Shown here one piece after another: positions 39,488 to 49,071 of a stretch of 64,000 nucleotides of DNA (position 1 is its first letter; each line of letters starts with the position of its first letter). The notes below the pieces were generated by a model. It was not told the origin of the DNA and made no database searches. It saw only the letters and a program-made list of their open reading frames with translations. This DNA comes from Parcubacteria group bacterium LiPW_15 (lineage in GTDB: Bacteria; Patescibacteriota; Minisyncoccia; UBA6257; 2-01-FULL-56-20). A program made the translations under genes and the position numbers. Where the stretch lies: positions 337,576 through 401,575 of the forward strand of contig VMER01000001.1 of NCBI GenBank assembly GCA_007375645.1, read 5' to 3'.

Positions 39488-40324
39488 CTATCCCCCGAAA
39501 GACACGAGGGTTTCTCTTGAATCCTCATTTTCGGGGAGTCCGGACGGATTATCTTTTTTTAAGATCAGCTTTCCGGTGCCTGATTTCGGCGCATCCTTAA
39601 ATTCCAGGTTAGCGGAAAATCGCACATAATCCGTGGTCATCCAATTGCCTTGCGCCGTGGCTATTCCGGTCGCAACGGTTTTCCCATACGGGTCGACCAA
39701 AAGGATCGGAAAGCTCGCTTCAAAAAACCATGTGCCCTTGGCCACGCCCTCAACTTTTAAGGGCGATAGGACCACGCTCCCCCGGAACGGGGTTTCTACG
39801 AAAACCGGCGATTCCTCAAGCTTCCCCGATCTTATCTCAAGATATTTTGATTTGCCCATGGAAGGAGAAGTTGTCATCGGATCTCCTGCGCGTCTCTCGG
39901 CATAATTTGCGATTAAAATCCCGTTTCTTATTTCCATAGTCTGCGGCGCAATGCGGTCACCCAAAAATATCGCGTTAGTCCCCTCATAATTGTCGTCCTT
40001 TTTAAGCGCCGCAACCGCGTAATAAAAAGTTCCGCTGCCTCCCGTGGTTTGGGTGATAAAAAAGCCCACATCTTCCGCTCCATCGCCGTTCAAATCCCCC
40101 TTGGCTTCGTTTCCAAAATAATCAGTAACTATCTTCGCGGCTGAACCGGGAGCGGCTGCCACACCCATGCCGCCAAGCTTGGTTGTGATTCCGCCAACCT
40201 CATAAGAGATGTCTTGATAATTCTCACCGCCGGAAATTTTTGTTTCCATTTTTCTTCCGAACAAAACAAAAGCCGCAACTCCGACGATCAGAACGACAGC
40301 TAAAATTATTAATGTTTTTTTCAT
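39488..40324 (-). CDS. secreted/membrane-anchored protein with C-terminal Ig-like (Gmad2-like) domain
   Basis: 278 aa; N-terminal TM; C-terminal GTWFFEASFPILLVDPYGKTVATG segment. Confidence 0.5.
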   Translation of the reverse strand: MKKTLIILAVVLIVGVAAFVLFGRKMETKISGGENYQDISYEVGGITTKLGGMGVAAAPGSAAKIVTDYFGNEAKGDLNGDGAEDVGFFITQTTGGSGTFYYAVAALKKDDNYEGTNAIFLGDRIAPQTMEIRNGILIANYAERRAGDPMTTSPSMGKSKYLEIRSGKLEESPVFVETPFRGSVVLSPLKVEGVAKGTWFFEASFPILLVDPYGKTVATGIATAQGNWMTTDYVRFSANLEFKDAPKSGTGKLILKKDNPSGLPENEDSRETLVSFGG

Positions 40325-40505
40325 TCTATTTTTTTATTTTTCTTCTTCCTCCCCGAAACCCACGCACCGCCGACAACGCAGGCCAAGAGGGCGATAAAAA
40401 ATCCTATTTCTGCGTCGCTCATAATAAGTTAATTATAGACCCTTGCTTCTCCCGCGGAAAGCGCAGCTGGCGGGCGGCAAACCGACATTGCTGTTTCATA
40501 ATCGG

Positions 40506-41207
40506 TTAATCGGAGAATTTGTTTAGTTTTTTATCAAAAAAATACTTTTTAAAAACTAATATACCTACCCAGATCGCAAAAATAATGAAAACGTATTTAA
40601 TTCCGACAATTTTGAGAGCAGATTCGCCCAACGTGTAAACCAACGCCCCCCAAAACATGTTCCAAAAAATAATTCCGATCGCAGAATACAAAGAGAACTT
40701 ATCGAATGGAACCCTCAATATTCCTGCCGCCGTAGCGGTGAGGGAAGCCAAATTTGGCTCCCAATAACTTAAGAAAACAACGTTCAGTCCCTGTCTCATG
40801 AGTTTTTCCTTTGATTTTTCAATCGACTGAGAAAGGCCGAACCTAACGAGTAACTTATACCATCCGTATTTACCCACCCAATAGTTAAGCGTATAAGAAA
40901 TAAAAAAGGCTAAACAAACAATAAGTACAACTTCCGTTGCCCTTGGTATATCCTTGCCCGCCGAAATAACGCCGAGAAAAATTATAAAACCTCCGGGAAA
41001 ATACTGACCTAACAACAGAAAACCCTCAATAAGAGCTCCGACAAAAACAATCCACAAACCATACTTAGAAAACCACTCTTTGACTATCGCAAGCATTTGA
41101 TCGTCTGAGGGCAAATTAAAAGCCTTCCAGAGAATATACATTGATAGATATATACCCATCAGCACTAACGGTATTGATAAAAATTTTAAAATTTCTTTTA
41201 TTCGCAT
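40506..41207 (-). CDS. DedA/TVP38-family membrane protein
   Basis: 233 aa; DedA family similarity. Confidence 0.8.
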   Translation of the reverse strand: MRIKEILKFLSIPLVLMGIYLSMYILWKAFNLPSDDQMLAIVKEWFSKYGLWIVFVGALIEGFLLLGQYFPGGFIIFLGVISAGKDIPRATEVVLIVCLAFFISYTLNYWVGKYGWYKLLVRFGLSQSIEKSKEKLMRQGLNVVFLSYWEPNLASLTATAAGILRVPFDKFSLYSAIGIIFWNMFWGALVYTLGESALKIVGIKYVFIIFAIWVGILVFKKYFFDKKLNKFSD

Positions 41208-41360
41208 GTTTGTAAATGGTTTTAAATATCAATCTGGCGGGCAACTCGGGTTAAGTGCCCAAACGCTCCAAGCCCCACAAGAATTCTTTGGGGGTCAGAC
41301 AACCCACTTATTTTGAGGCATGTGGGTCGAGTCTTTATGCGAAGGAAGTGCTTACTTAGA

Positions 41361-41963
41361 TTATTCATCCAGGAGCTTATAACCATAACCGCTTTCACTA
41401 CCGGTTCTTACTATGCGATAAAAATTGTATTCCATTTCTCCGCCAGGGTGTCGCACGCCGATACCAAAAACATATGGTTCGGCAGAACTCAAAGTTCCTG
41501 ACTCATACGCTCGTATGACCGATAATAGATCTTCTTCGGATGGGTAGAGCGGCATGGCGCGCCCAGGGTGAGTGTGCACATCACCTAGAAATCCAAATTC
41601 CTTATGCTGGGGAGTGTCTCGCTGAATTTTCTCTACCTGTTTCTTAATAAGTGCTAAGCTGTAGGCAACATTATCAATCTCTTCTTCGTAGGTGCGATGT
41701 CCATCCTCGGCTGTTTCTTGATAAACACCTTTGATTTGAAGATGGACCGATCCATCTGGATTAACTTGTTTTGCTCCGAGTAGCACGCCGAATCGCTCTC
41801 TGCCACTCCTACCATCCCCTAAGGATATAGCGGGCAAGTATTCAACCGCTTCAGGAGCAATTTCAAAAGAAACTCGCAAATTTTCTTTGAGCAGGTCTAT
41901 TCTTGGTTCTTGTTCTTGCCGGAACTTCTCTGCCTGGTGCATGGGAACATTATGGCTTGCCAC
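41361..41963 (-). CDS. JAB/MPN-domain (JAMM-like) metalloprotease family protein
   Basis: 200 aa; HTHPGRAMPLYPSEED fits the H-x-H-x(n)-S-x-x-D JAMM motif. Confidence 0.65.
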   Translation of the reverse strand: MASHNVPMHQAEKFRQEQEPRIDLLKENLRVSFEIAPEAVEYLPAISLGDGRSGRERFGVLLGAKQVNPDGSVHLQIKGVYQETAEDGHRTYEEEIDNVAYSLALIKKQVEKIQRDTPQHKEFGFLGDVHTHPGRAMPLYPSEEDLLSVIRAYESGTLSSAEPYVFGIGVRHPGGEMEYNFYRIVRTGSESGYGYKLLDE

Positions 41964-42250
41964 GAGTCAAAATGGAAATAGGTCGCCCTGCAACCATAAG
42001 CACTCGGATCGGGTCCGATACTGAATACTTACGGCGGAGGCGGTAACCGAATATTTTATATTCTAGTTGCCACCTCTCGCCTCAGCTAAAACAAATTGCC
42101 TTCGACCACTTGTTTTACTCTTCGGCGGAGGGTGCAGGCCGCGGTTACTCGGCATTGCTGTTTTCTAAATTCGCGTTATTCATTAAGAAAACAGGGAAGA
42201 TTCTAATCACGAGGCTCTTTCTAACTCACCGCATTTCCCCAAGAACAAAG

Positions 42251-42336
42251 CGGTGGGGGTGAGATTCGAACTCACGATACCATTTCTGGTATAACGGTTT
42301 TCAAGACCGTCTCCTTCAACCACTCGGACACCCCAC
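42251..42336 (-). tRNA. tRNA-Ser (anticodon TGA), type II with long variable arm
   Basis: reverse complement folds as GGTGGGG-TG-TCC-GAGTGGTTGAA-GGA..; anticodon loop CTTGAAA. Confidence 0.75.
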
Positions 42337-42473
42337 CGCTCTGCACGGGATTGCAATAATCATAAGATGAAATCTCTTGCCCATAAAGACCGGCTTAAAC
42401 TTGTTCGCAAGCCTAGGTAGAGTCAATCGGAACCAACTCTTAAGAAGAGCTGGTTGCCATACTGGGGTTCGGA

Positions 42474-43085
42474 CTATTTTTTGTTTGGTTTCTGGAATAC
42501 CAAACGCAAAAGAATCCCCTCTTCCCAATGCTCATCACTTTCTTCTGTGTGAAGATTTGTTTCGGGTAAGGCTTGCTTCCACTTCTTCTCAAAATCTTTA
42601 GGGAGTCTTTCTGCAATAAAAGGACCGATACGAGCTATACCGCCAGGTTTTAACACTCTATAAATTTCTTGTAATATATGCTCAAATCCTGCGTCGACAT
42701 ACCAACTCACGGAATACAGCCCCAATACTTCATCAATGCTATTATCTTGAAACGAAAGCTCTTGGCCGATGGCAGCAACAGATTTTCTCTGCCACTCCGG
42801 ATTAGTAATTATTACTTTACGATACTTTTCATTTTTGTAATCTGGATTGACTGAAATCACGTTCGCATCAATACCAAGCTCCTTTAACTCTCGCGAAAGG
42901 CGTTCTGTCGGGCCAGAACCTAAATCCATAACGGTTTTGCCAGAAAGTTCTTCTCGCCGAAAACCAAGGGTTTTCTCATATTCGTCAAGACCCCTACCCT
43001 CTATAGGACGAGTTTCTTTGGTGGTATCCTCAAACCATTGAGATTTTTGTTGCTCCGGTTTTTCCATGGGCATATGTAAATGCAA
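42474..43085 (-). CDS. class I SAM-dependent methyltransferase
   Basis: 203 aa; motif I VMDLGSGPT; LKPGGIARIGP. Confidence 0.75.
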   Translation of the reverse strand: MHLHMPMEKPEQQKSQWFEDTTKETRPIEGRGLDEYEKTLGFRREELSGKTVMDLGSGPTERLSRELKELGIDANVISVNPDYKNEKYRKVIITNPEWQRKSVAAIGQELSFQDNSIDEVLGLYSVSWYVDAGFEHILQEIYRVLKPGGIARIGPFIAERLPKDFEKKWKQALPETNLHTEESDEHWEEGILLRLVFQKPNKK

Positions 43086-43101
43086 ATATTATAAACAAAT
43101 T

Positions 43102-43177
43102 TGGTGGACCGTACCGGATTCGAACCGGTTGCCTCCACATTGCAAATGTGGCGCTCTACCAATTGAGCTAACGGCCC
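43102..43177 (-). tRNA. tRNA-Ala (anticodon TGC), G3:U70, CCA encoded
   Basis: reverse complement folds as GGGCCGT-TA-GCTC..; anticodon loop TTTGCAA. Confidence 0.85.
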
Positions 43178-43228
43178 GCGAAAACTAGGCGCCGGACAGG
43201 CTTATTAAAACACCCGGGCGGCGTTATT

Positions 43229-43690
43229 TCAATCGATAAGTTTCGGGTGCCGATACACGGCGATCACCTTCCTCCCCGCCGCTGCCTCCCCTTCGAAATC
43301 AAGCTTATGCTTTACGGGTTCCCCGTTTTTCGAGTTGTTGCTTATTGCCATATCCCCTCCCCAAAAAAATCCCGCATGCCCGTGCCTTCCGTCGGCAGTC
43401 TGAATCTCCTCCCAAAACAAAACATCCCCTTGTGAGGGTTCCTCAACCTTCTCCCATCCGCTCGATTCCATATCCCTCAAAAGACCGCTAACAGTTGTGT
43501 GAATTTCTTTTATAAGCCCGGCCATTAAGAGAATCGAAGAAACATAAAAAGCACAGGAAAGATCTCCATTTTTTAAAATATCTTTTTCCTCTCCATCCAC
43601 CAGAGCGTAACAGTTCCTATAGGTATTGGCACCCAAGCTGTTTTCGATGGATTTTAAATATGTCTTTTTTTTGAGTAGTTTTATCATTTT
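43229..43690 (-). CDS. putative CHAP/NlpC-P60-like cysteine peptidase domain protein
   Basis: about 153 aa from MIKLLKKK; conserved Cys (SCAFYVSS) and His (GHAGFF) spacing; weak call. Confidence 0.4.
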   Translation of the reverse strand, partial: KMIKLLKKKTYLKSIENSLGANTYRNCYALVDGEEKDILKNGDLSCAFYVSSILLMAGLIKEIHTTVSGLLRDMESSGWEKVEEPSQGDVLFWEEIQTADGRHGHAGFFWGGDMAISNNSKNGEPVKHKLDFEGEAAAGRKVIAVYRHPKLID

Positions 43691-43708
43691 CTTTGCAGGG
43701 TGGACCCG

Positions 43709-43889
43709 GGGAGATATCTCACGCGCTCGTTCCACTCGCTTTTCAGAACCCACGGTTCTGAATAATCTCCTCCACGGGGAACCGAGCGCGGTTCCCCGAC
43801 CCCCTCCGCTGTTCGATTCTCCCTTAATCATAGAATTAAATCAACCGACCATAAAGGCCGATTTGATTTAATTTGTGGACCCGGGGAGA
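43709..43889 (+). mobile_element. miniature tRNA-3'-end-associated element, copy A
   Basis: 15 bp direct repeat gtggacccggggaga at 43709..43723 and 43875..43889 (the tRNA-Ala(CGC) 3' end); conserved core at 43768..43823; nested-palindrome hairpin. Confidence 0.55.
43768..43823 (+). repeat. conserved core of the miniature element: TCCTCCACGG-ggaaccgagcgcggttcc-CCGACCCCCTccgctGTTCGATTCTCCC
   Basis: shares CCACGG..G(N)TTCCCCGACCCC..GTyCGAkTC with copies B (57205..57259) and C (50750..50843, minus strand); the last 13 nt are an inverted copy of the tRNA-Ala(CGC) T-arm. Confidence 0.6.
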
Positions 43890-43946
43890 ATCGAACTCCC
43901 GCCTCAGCAATGCGAATGCCGCGTTATGCCACTTAACTACGGGCCC
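43876..43946 (-). tRNA. tRNA-Ala (anticodon CGC), G3:U70, no encoded CCA
   Basis: reverse complement folds as GGGCCCG-TA-GTTA..; anticodon loop TTCGCAT; T-arm GGGAG-TTCGATT-CTCCC. Confidence 0.8.
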
Positions 43947-43998
43947 AGAGAACGAAAACACTATATCAATTCCACATATTTTGGACAAGCCGACAGCC

Positions 43999-44817
43999 TT
44001 AGATCATCAATATCTCCACGATAAAAAGGGCTATCTCCACGACAATCAAAATTATCACCCAGATCTCCAGATAATTACTCTTCTGGGAGGAGAGATAGTT
44101 TAGAAGCGTGACGTTGTTTTCCGACAAAAAATCTATCTTTTCGTTCAAGACGTCGAATCTATCCCGGAGTTCATATTCTGTCCGCAATCGATTATAGAGC
44201 TGTTCTATTTCTTCTTTTTTCCAAGTCTCATCCGGCTTATCAAAAAGAGAGAGTCTCGAAACCGTGGTCTGTTTGACGGAAAGAACATTCCCGACCTGAC
44301 GCAAAACATCGCTTTGGTTAAAAGCCGCTTTCTTGCCGGACTTCATTCCGGCCACCACCTGCCCGAGTTCATGCAACCTCACATCTATCTCTTCCTCGTA
44401 TCTGTCGAGCGCCACAGATTGCGCCGAAACATAGGAGATTATCTTTATCTTTTCCACATCAAGGGTTTTAAGGAAGAGTTCTTCAAAAGTGGTTTTCTCT
44501 TCTTCGGCTCCGACGAATATTTCGAGTGAATCCGTGTGGCGATGGATTAGGGCTCCCTTCTCAATATACTGGTCGATTTCATTCAAGAATTCCCGAATAA
44601 GCGATTCGGTCGCATTCCAAAAACTTACGGCTCCGAAACGGGTCACGACCGCGTATTTATCTTCACCAAGCTCCGCAACAAGCGGATGATCGCGGTTCAA
44701 GAATTTATATTTTTTAACGTTCTCCAATATTCTCCTTACCTCAATCTTGTCTCCCACGTAGCGGGTTTCGAGTTTATATTCCCTTATCTTTGTCGGCTTC
44801 GCTTTGGCTCGAGGCAT
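43999..44817 (-). CDS. DUF155 (RMD1/YagE-like) family protein with C-terminal TM helix
   Basis: 272 aa; family call from memory only. Confidence 0.45.
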   Translation of the reverse strand: MPRAKAKPTKIREYKLETRYVGDKIEVRRILENVKKYKFLNRDHPLVAELGEDKYAVVTRFGAVSFWNATESLIREFLNEIDQYIEKGALIHRHTDSLEIFVGAEEEKTTFEELFLKTLDVEKIKIISYVSAQSVALDRYEEEIDVRLHELGQVVAGMKSGKKAAFNQSDVLRQVGNVLSVKQTTVSRLSLFDKPDETWKKEEIEQLYNRLRTEYELRDRFDVLNEKIDFLSENNVTLLNYLSSQKSNYLEIWVIILIVVEIALFIVEILMI

Positions 44818-44976
44818 GTTGTAACCATTATAACCAATCCTGATTTTTATCGGTAGACAACGGTCTAATTTTAGGCTTTAATGGAATGGTCGATTTTCGG
44901 GCTGTAAAACCTTTCGGTTTTTCATCCCGGGCATTCGCAGAAAATGATTATGTAAAAAATCATTATCTCCTCGTTA

Positions 44977-45047
44977 CGGGCTGTAGTATACCGGTAGTAC
45001 ATGCGCTTCGGGTGCGTAAAGACTGGGTTCGATTCCCAGCAGCCCGA
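44977..45047 (+). tRNA. tRNA-Pro (anticodon CGG), no encoded CCA
   Basis: folds as CGGGCTG-TA-GTAT..; anticodon loop TTCGGGT; T-arm CTGGG-TTCGATT-CCCAG. Confidence 0.75.
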
Positions 45048-45248
45048 CAACTACAATTTCATGTTTTGTCGAACCGGCGTCGCCCTTCCCCTGCGGAAGG
45101 GCGCGCCTGTATCTCGGATATAAAAATCCGCCACAACGGCGGAACCGGGCTTTTTATTCCTCCGATGACTTCGCCAAAACATGAAATTTCCGCGGAGACA
45201 AACACACGCGTTCTATGGCATATAAAAAGAATGGGAATCGAACAGCGG

Positions 45249-45647
45249 TTATTTCTTTTGATGTTTCCGCTTATGTAACGCCTTGGATTTTTGGGTCAGA
45301 GCAAAAACCGAAAGAACCATTATATACGCGGCAACGGCTTCCGAAGAAACCTCGTAGGCATCCCCCAGGATAAAAGTGAAGCCCATAAGTATAAGAATGA
45401 TGACGGTCCAGGCAGCCACGAAAAGTTCGCCGGGGTGGCGATCCTCGGCGTGCATATCATACCAACGATCGAATTCTTTTGTGCCCACATACAATCCCAA
45501 AATACCTATATAGATTATGCTCATCGGTCCGATCAAGCGCTCGAAGCGGTTATGCAGAAAAAAATTCGCACAAATGAACATGAGAAATACGTAAGTCCAA
45601 ATGTTCGTAAGAACCCGCCAAATCTTTTCGTCTTTAAATACGCTCAT
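45249..45647 (-). CDS. hypothetical membrane protein
   Basis: 132 aa; 3-4 predicted TM helices. Confidence 0.5.
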   Translation of the reverse strand: MSVFKDEKIWRVLTNIWTYVFLMFICANFFLHNRFERLIGPMSIIYIGILGLYVGTKEFDRWYDMHAEDRHPGELFVAAWTVIILILMGFTFILGDAYEVSSEAVAAYIMVLSVFALTQKSKALHKRKHQKK

Positions 45648-47101
45648 TTCACGTAATGTCTTTTCTTCATTTCTCCTTCGATCCCCGCTTCGAATTCCTC
45701 GGTTTTCTTTTTGGATTTTTCTTTGAGCTCCTCAAGTTGTTTTTCTGAGTAAAGTGCAAGCTCTTTCACCCGCTCTTCCAAATATTCTTTGTCATTCTTT
45801 TTTGGATCATCCAAAACTTCATCGAGAAGCGCCGCGAGTATCTGGCCAACTTTCGGAGAAGGAGCAAGCCCCGCAATGCGCATTACTTCCGATCCGTCTA
45901 CCTTAAGCATTTTGGCCGATACCGGATCGCGCCGCACTTTGTCTATCATGAACTGCAAATGCCTGAGTTTATAAGGCACAGCCTTGGGCACGCCCGACCC
46001 GATGCGATCCGCCTCGCGAACCTTTAAAAGATCGTCTATAGAATCCTCGCCGACACGGGCGATAAAGCGTCTTACCCCGGCTTCGCTTACTTCGCCGACG
46101 TTATAGTAGAACAAATGATAGCGCACCAAGTGCGCGACCTGTTCGGTCAGTTCTTTTGAAAATCGCAATTTATCCATTAGCCCCACGCACATCCTCGCGC
46201 CGATGGAATCATGATTATAAAAAGTGGAATGGAGTCCCTCCCCCTTTTTAGAGCGGGGTTTGCCGACGTCATGAAAGAGTGAGGCTAAGCGGACAGCGAG
46301 CGAATATCCCTGTTTCGCGGAGTAACCCAGAGCCCGCACATTGTGTTCAAAAACCGTATAGATGTGATGGAGGTTTTGGCCCACTCCAAGCCCTTCGCGC
46401 AACTCCGCGCAAACATAACGCAACATGTCCAGTTGTTCCAAAAGCACGATCCCGTCCGCAGCTCTATCGGCCATAATTATCTTCACAAATTCGTCGCGCA
46501 GCCGTTCTTCGGCAATCGCCTCCAAAAGACCTGCCTTCTCTTCTATCGCCCGCCGGGTCGCATAGTCTATTTGAAAATCCAATTCGGTCGCGAACCTGAC
46601 CGCCCTCATCATGCGCAACGCGTCTTCATCAAAGCGGGCCACCGGATTGCCGACGGTACGGATAACTTTTACGCGCAGATCCTCCTGTCCCCCGTAAGGG
46701 TCAATTATCTTTTTGCCTTCCGCGTCCATAGCCATCGCGTTTATCGTGAACGATCGGCGCGAAAGATCTTCCTCCACCGTTTTCGCAAAGCGAACTTCAT
46801 CCGGATGGCGCTTATCCGAATATTTGCCTTCTATTCTATAAGTCGTGACTTCCACTATCTTCAGACGAGGGTCTTCGGATTCGGTTTTTACACCGACCGT
46901 GCCGAATTTGTTTTCATAAACGCTGTCCGGAAAAAGAGCTTGGATCTCCTCCGGCGTGGCGTTCGTGGTTATATCCCAATCTTTCGGTTCTCGGCCGAGC
47001 AAAACATCGCGCACGCAACCGCCCACAAGATATGCCTCGAAACCAGCCTTCTCAAGCGTTATGGCAATGCCTTTTGCTATGTCCGGTACGACATATTTCA
47101 T
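45644..47101 (-). CDS. cca: CCA-adding tRNA nucleotidyltransferase with HD domain
   Basis: 485 aa; GGCVRD..D.D nucleotidyltransferase head and HD motif. Confidence 0.9.
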   Translation of the reverse strand: MKYVVPDIAKGIAITLEKAGFEAYLVGGCVRDVLLGREPKDWDITTNATPEEIQALFPDSVYENKFGTVGVKTESEDPRLKIVEVTTYRIEGKYSDKRHPDEVRFAKTVEEDLSRRSFTINAMAMDAEGKKIIDPYGGQEDLRVKVIRTVGNPVARFDEDALRMMRAVRFATELDFQIDYATRRAIEEKAGLLEAIAEERLRDEFVKIIMADRAADGIVLLEQLDMLRYVCAELREGLGVGQNLHHIYTVFEHNVRALGYSAKQGYSLAVRLASLFHDVGKPRSKKGEGLHSTFYNHDSIGARMCVGLMDKLRFSKELTEQVAHLVRYHLFYYNVGEVSEAGVRRFIARVGEDSIDDLLKVREADRIGSGVPKAVPYKLRHLQFMIDKVRRDPVSAKMLKVDGSEVMRIAGLAPSPKVGQILAALLDEVLDDPKKNDKEYLEERVKELALYSEKQLEELKEKSKKKTEEFEAGIEGEMKKRHYVK

Positions 47102-47105
47102 TAGC

Positions 47106-49067
47106 CTAGCGGACTTCGATTTGAAACTTTCTTTTTAGGTTGGAAATTATCTTTTCTACTTCCGCGTTCACCTCCTCATCGCCCAAAGTTTTTTCATCCG
47201 AACGGAAAACTATCCTAAAAGTCAGGCTTTGTTTCGGTCCGAATTTTTCATCCCAGTACTCATCCACCAGATCTACGTCATCAATAAGCTTCTCATTCAC
47301 GAGAGATATTTCTTCCACGATATCGCCGATACTGACCGCCCTGTCCGAAACCATAGAAATATCCCGGATAACTTCCGGATATTTCGGAAGCGGCTTGTAC
47401 TCATGTTCTTCGGAGATCATTTTAGAAAGAGAATCCGCGTCTACTTCGGCTGCCGCGGCAACCCACTGCTTAGCGCCGGGCACGGAAGAAAATTGGCGGA
47501 TAAAACCCATATCTCTTCCGTTCACGATTAACTTCAGCAGGTTTTTACCGGAAGGCTCAAAGAAGAAATCCGTGATGCCGAGAGAACGAAGAAGTTCGCT
47601 CAGAGAGCCTTTTATCTCCAATACCCCGCCTTTGTCCTTCTTGCCGGCGGCCAAAACCCCCAAAACGAGTTTTTCCGAAGTTTTTCCGCCGACTAGGGCG
47701 AAAGTTTTTCCGAGTTCAAAGATGCGGATCTTCTCAAAAAATCTGCTGTTCCATTCCGCGTTCTTTAAAAGCCACGCGGTTAAATTCTTGCGCAGATATT
47801 TTCGGTTCTCGGCTATCGGATTTTCGAGTTCCAGCGCGGACGCACTTGCGCCAAAAAAGGAATCTTTAAAGTCATTGTCTTCTTTTTCTCCGTAGAAAGA
47901 AGGATTGTAAACTTCATCCAAGCCCATTCGCGTCAGAAACTCTTTGACATTATTGCCGAACGAAAATTCCAGGTCGTCTGCGATCGGTTTTATAGCCACG
48001 CGCGGAGATTCGCTCTTTAAGCGTCCGTACCCCAAGAATCTTGTGAGCTCTTCGGCCAGATCCTCAAACTCCGAAACGTCCGTTCTCCAGGCCGGAACGC
48101 GAAACTTCTTGCCGGCCGGCTCGAATCCCAGCGCTTCAAAATATTTTTTCGCTTCTTTCAAGTCTGTCTTCTCTCCGGTTAGCTTTTCATAAGAAGCAAC
48201 GTCAAAGTTCACCAGCCTGTCGGAGACCTTCTTCGGATAAACATCCACGCTGTCTTTTAGCTTCGCGCCCAGGGCCGCGAGCATGATTGTCGCGAAATCC
48301 ATTCCAATTTCCGAGAGCGCCGGACTAAGATCGTGGGCGAAGCGCAGGCTCGCGTCAGTCTGTAGTTTTATCTCGCGCGAGGTCTTAAAAATATTGGTCG
48401 GATCGAAATTCGCGGATTCCACTATAATCTTTCTGGTTTTCGCGGTAACTCCGGCCTCCTTGCCCCCCTTAATGCCGGCGATCGCAAGCGGCTTCTTTTC
48501 ATCCGCGATCAAAAGCACTTGAGAGTTCAATTCGATATGCTTTCCGTCCAGGGTCGTGATCTTCTCTCCCTTCTTCGCCCGGCGAACGATTATTTTTCCT
48601 TTCACCTCGTCCGCATCAAAAGCATGCATCGGCTGTCCGGTTACGAGCATCGCATAATTCATCACGTCCACTACGGCGTTGATAGATTGGATGCCGCAGC
48701 TTTTCAAGATGCTTTTGAGCCAAGTTGGTGAGATTCCGATTTTTTTAAGTTCAAAATATCTTCCCGAGTATCTTCGGCAAAGGTCCTTCTCTTCCACCCG
48801 AACGCCGAAAAGCCCGCGATTCATCGGCGTGTTAACCAGTTTTTTGACCGGCACCTTAAACGCCAAGCCAAGGCTGGTTGAGAGCTCGCGTGCTATACCG
48901 ATGTGCGAAGACGCATCCGAATAGCGGTTAGCGGGCAGCTTAATATCTAAAGTATCGCCCTCGATGCTTTCAAGCTCAAAGGAATGCATATTTAAAGCCT
49001 CCGACACCTTTGTCTTAGCGGGCAGTTTCGGCAACAATTTTTTTAGAAGTGAATAAGAGAATTTCAT
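47106..49067 (-). CDS. pheT: phenylalanine--tRNA ligase beta subunit (short form)
   Basis: 653 aa; B3/B4, B5 and catalytic-like core similarity. Confidence 0.9.
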   Translation of the reverse strand: MKFSYSLLKKLLPKLPAKTKVSEALNMHSFELESIEGDTLDIKLPANRYSDASSHIGIARELSTSLGLAFKVPVKKLVNTPMNRGLFGVRVEEKDLCRRYSGRYFELKKIGISPTWLKSILKSCGIQSINAVVDVMNYAMLVTGQPMHAFDADEVKGKIIVRRAKKGEKITTLDGKHIELNSQVLLIADEKKPLAIAGIKGGKEAGVTAKTRKIIVESANFDPTNIFKTSREIKLQTDASLRFAHDLSPALSEIGMDFATIMLAALGAKLKDSVDVYPKKVSDRLVNFDVASYEKLTGEKTDLKEAKKYFEALGFEPAGKKFRVPAWRTDVSEFEDLAEELTRFLGYGRLKSESPRVAIKPIADDLEFSFGNNVKEFLTRMGLDEVYNPSFYGEKEDNDFKDSFFGASASALELENPIAENRKYLRKNLTAWLLKNAEWNSRFFEKIRIFELGKTFALVGGKTSEKLVLGVLAAGKKDKGGVLEIKGSLSELLRSLGITDFFFEPSGKNLLKLIVNGRDMGFIRQFSSVPGAKQWVAAAAEVDADSLSKMISEEHEYKPLPKYPEVIRDISMVSDRAVSIGDIVEEISLVNEKLIDDVDLVDEYWDEKFGPKQSLTFRIVFRSDEKTLGDEEVNAEVEKIISNLKRKFQIEVR

Positions 49068-49071
49068 TTTA

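Noticed and set aside
39497-39535. Inverted repeat CCCCCGAAAG..CATTTTCGGGG as an independent ncRNA or terminator
   Set aside because: Lies inside the 3' end of CDS 39488..40324; noted only as a recurrence of the CCCCGAAA/TTTCGGGG stem sequence.
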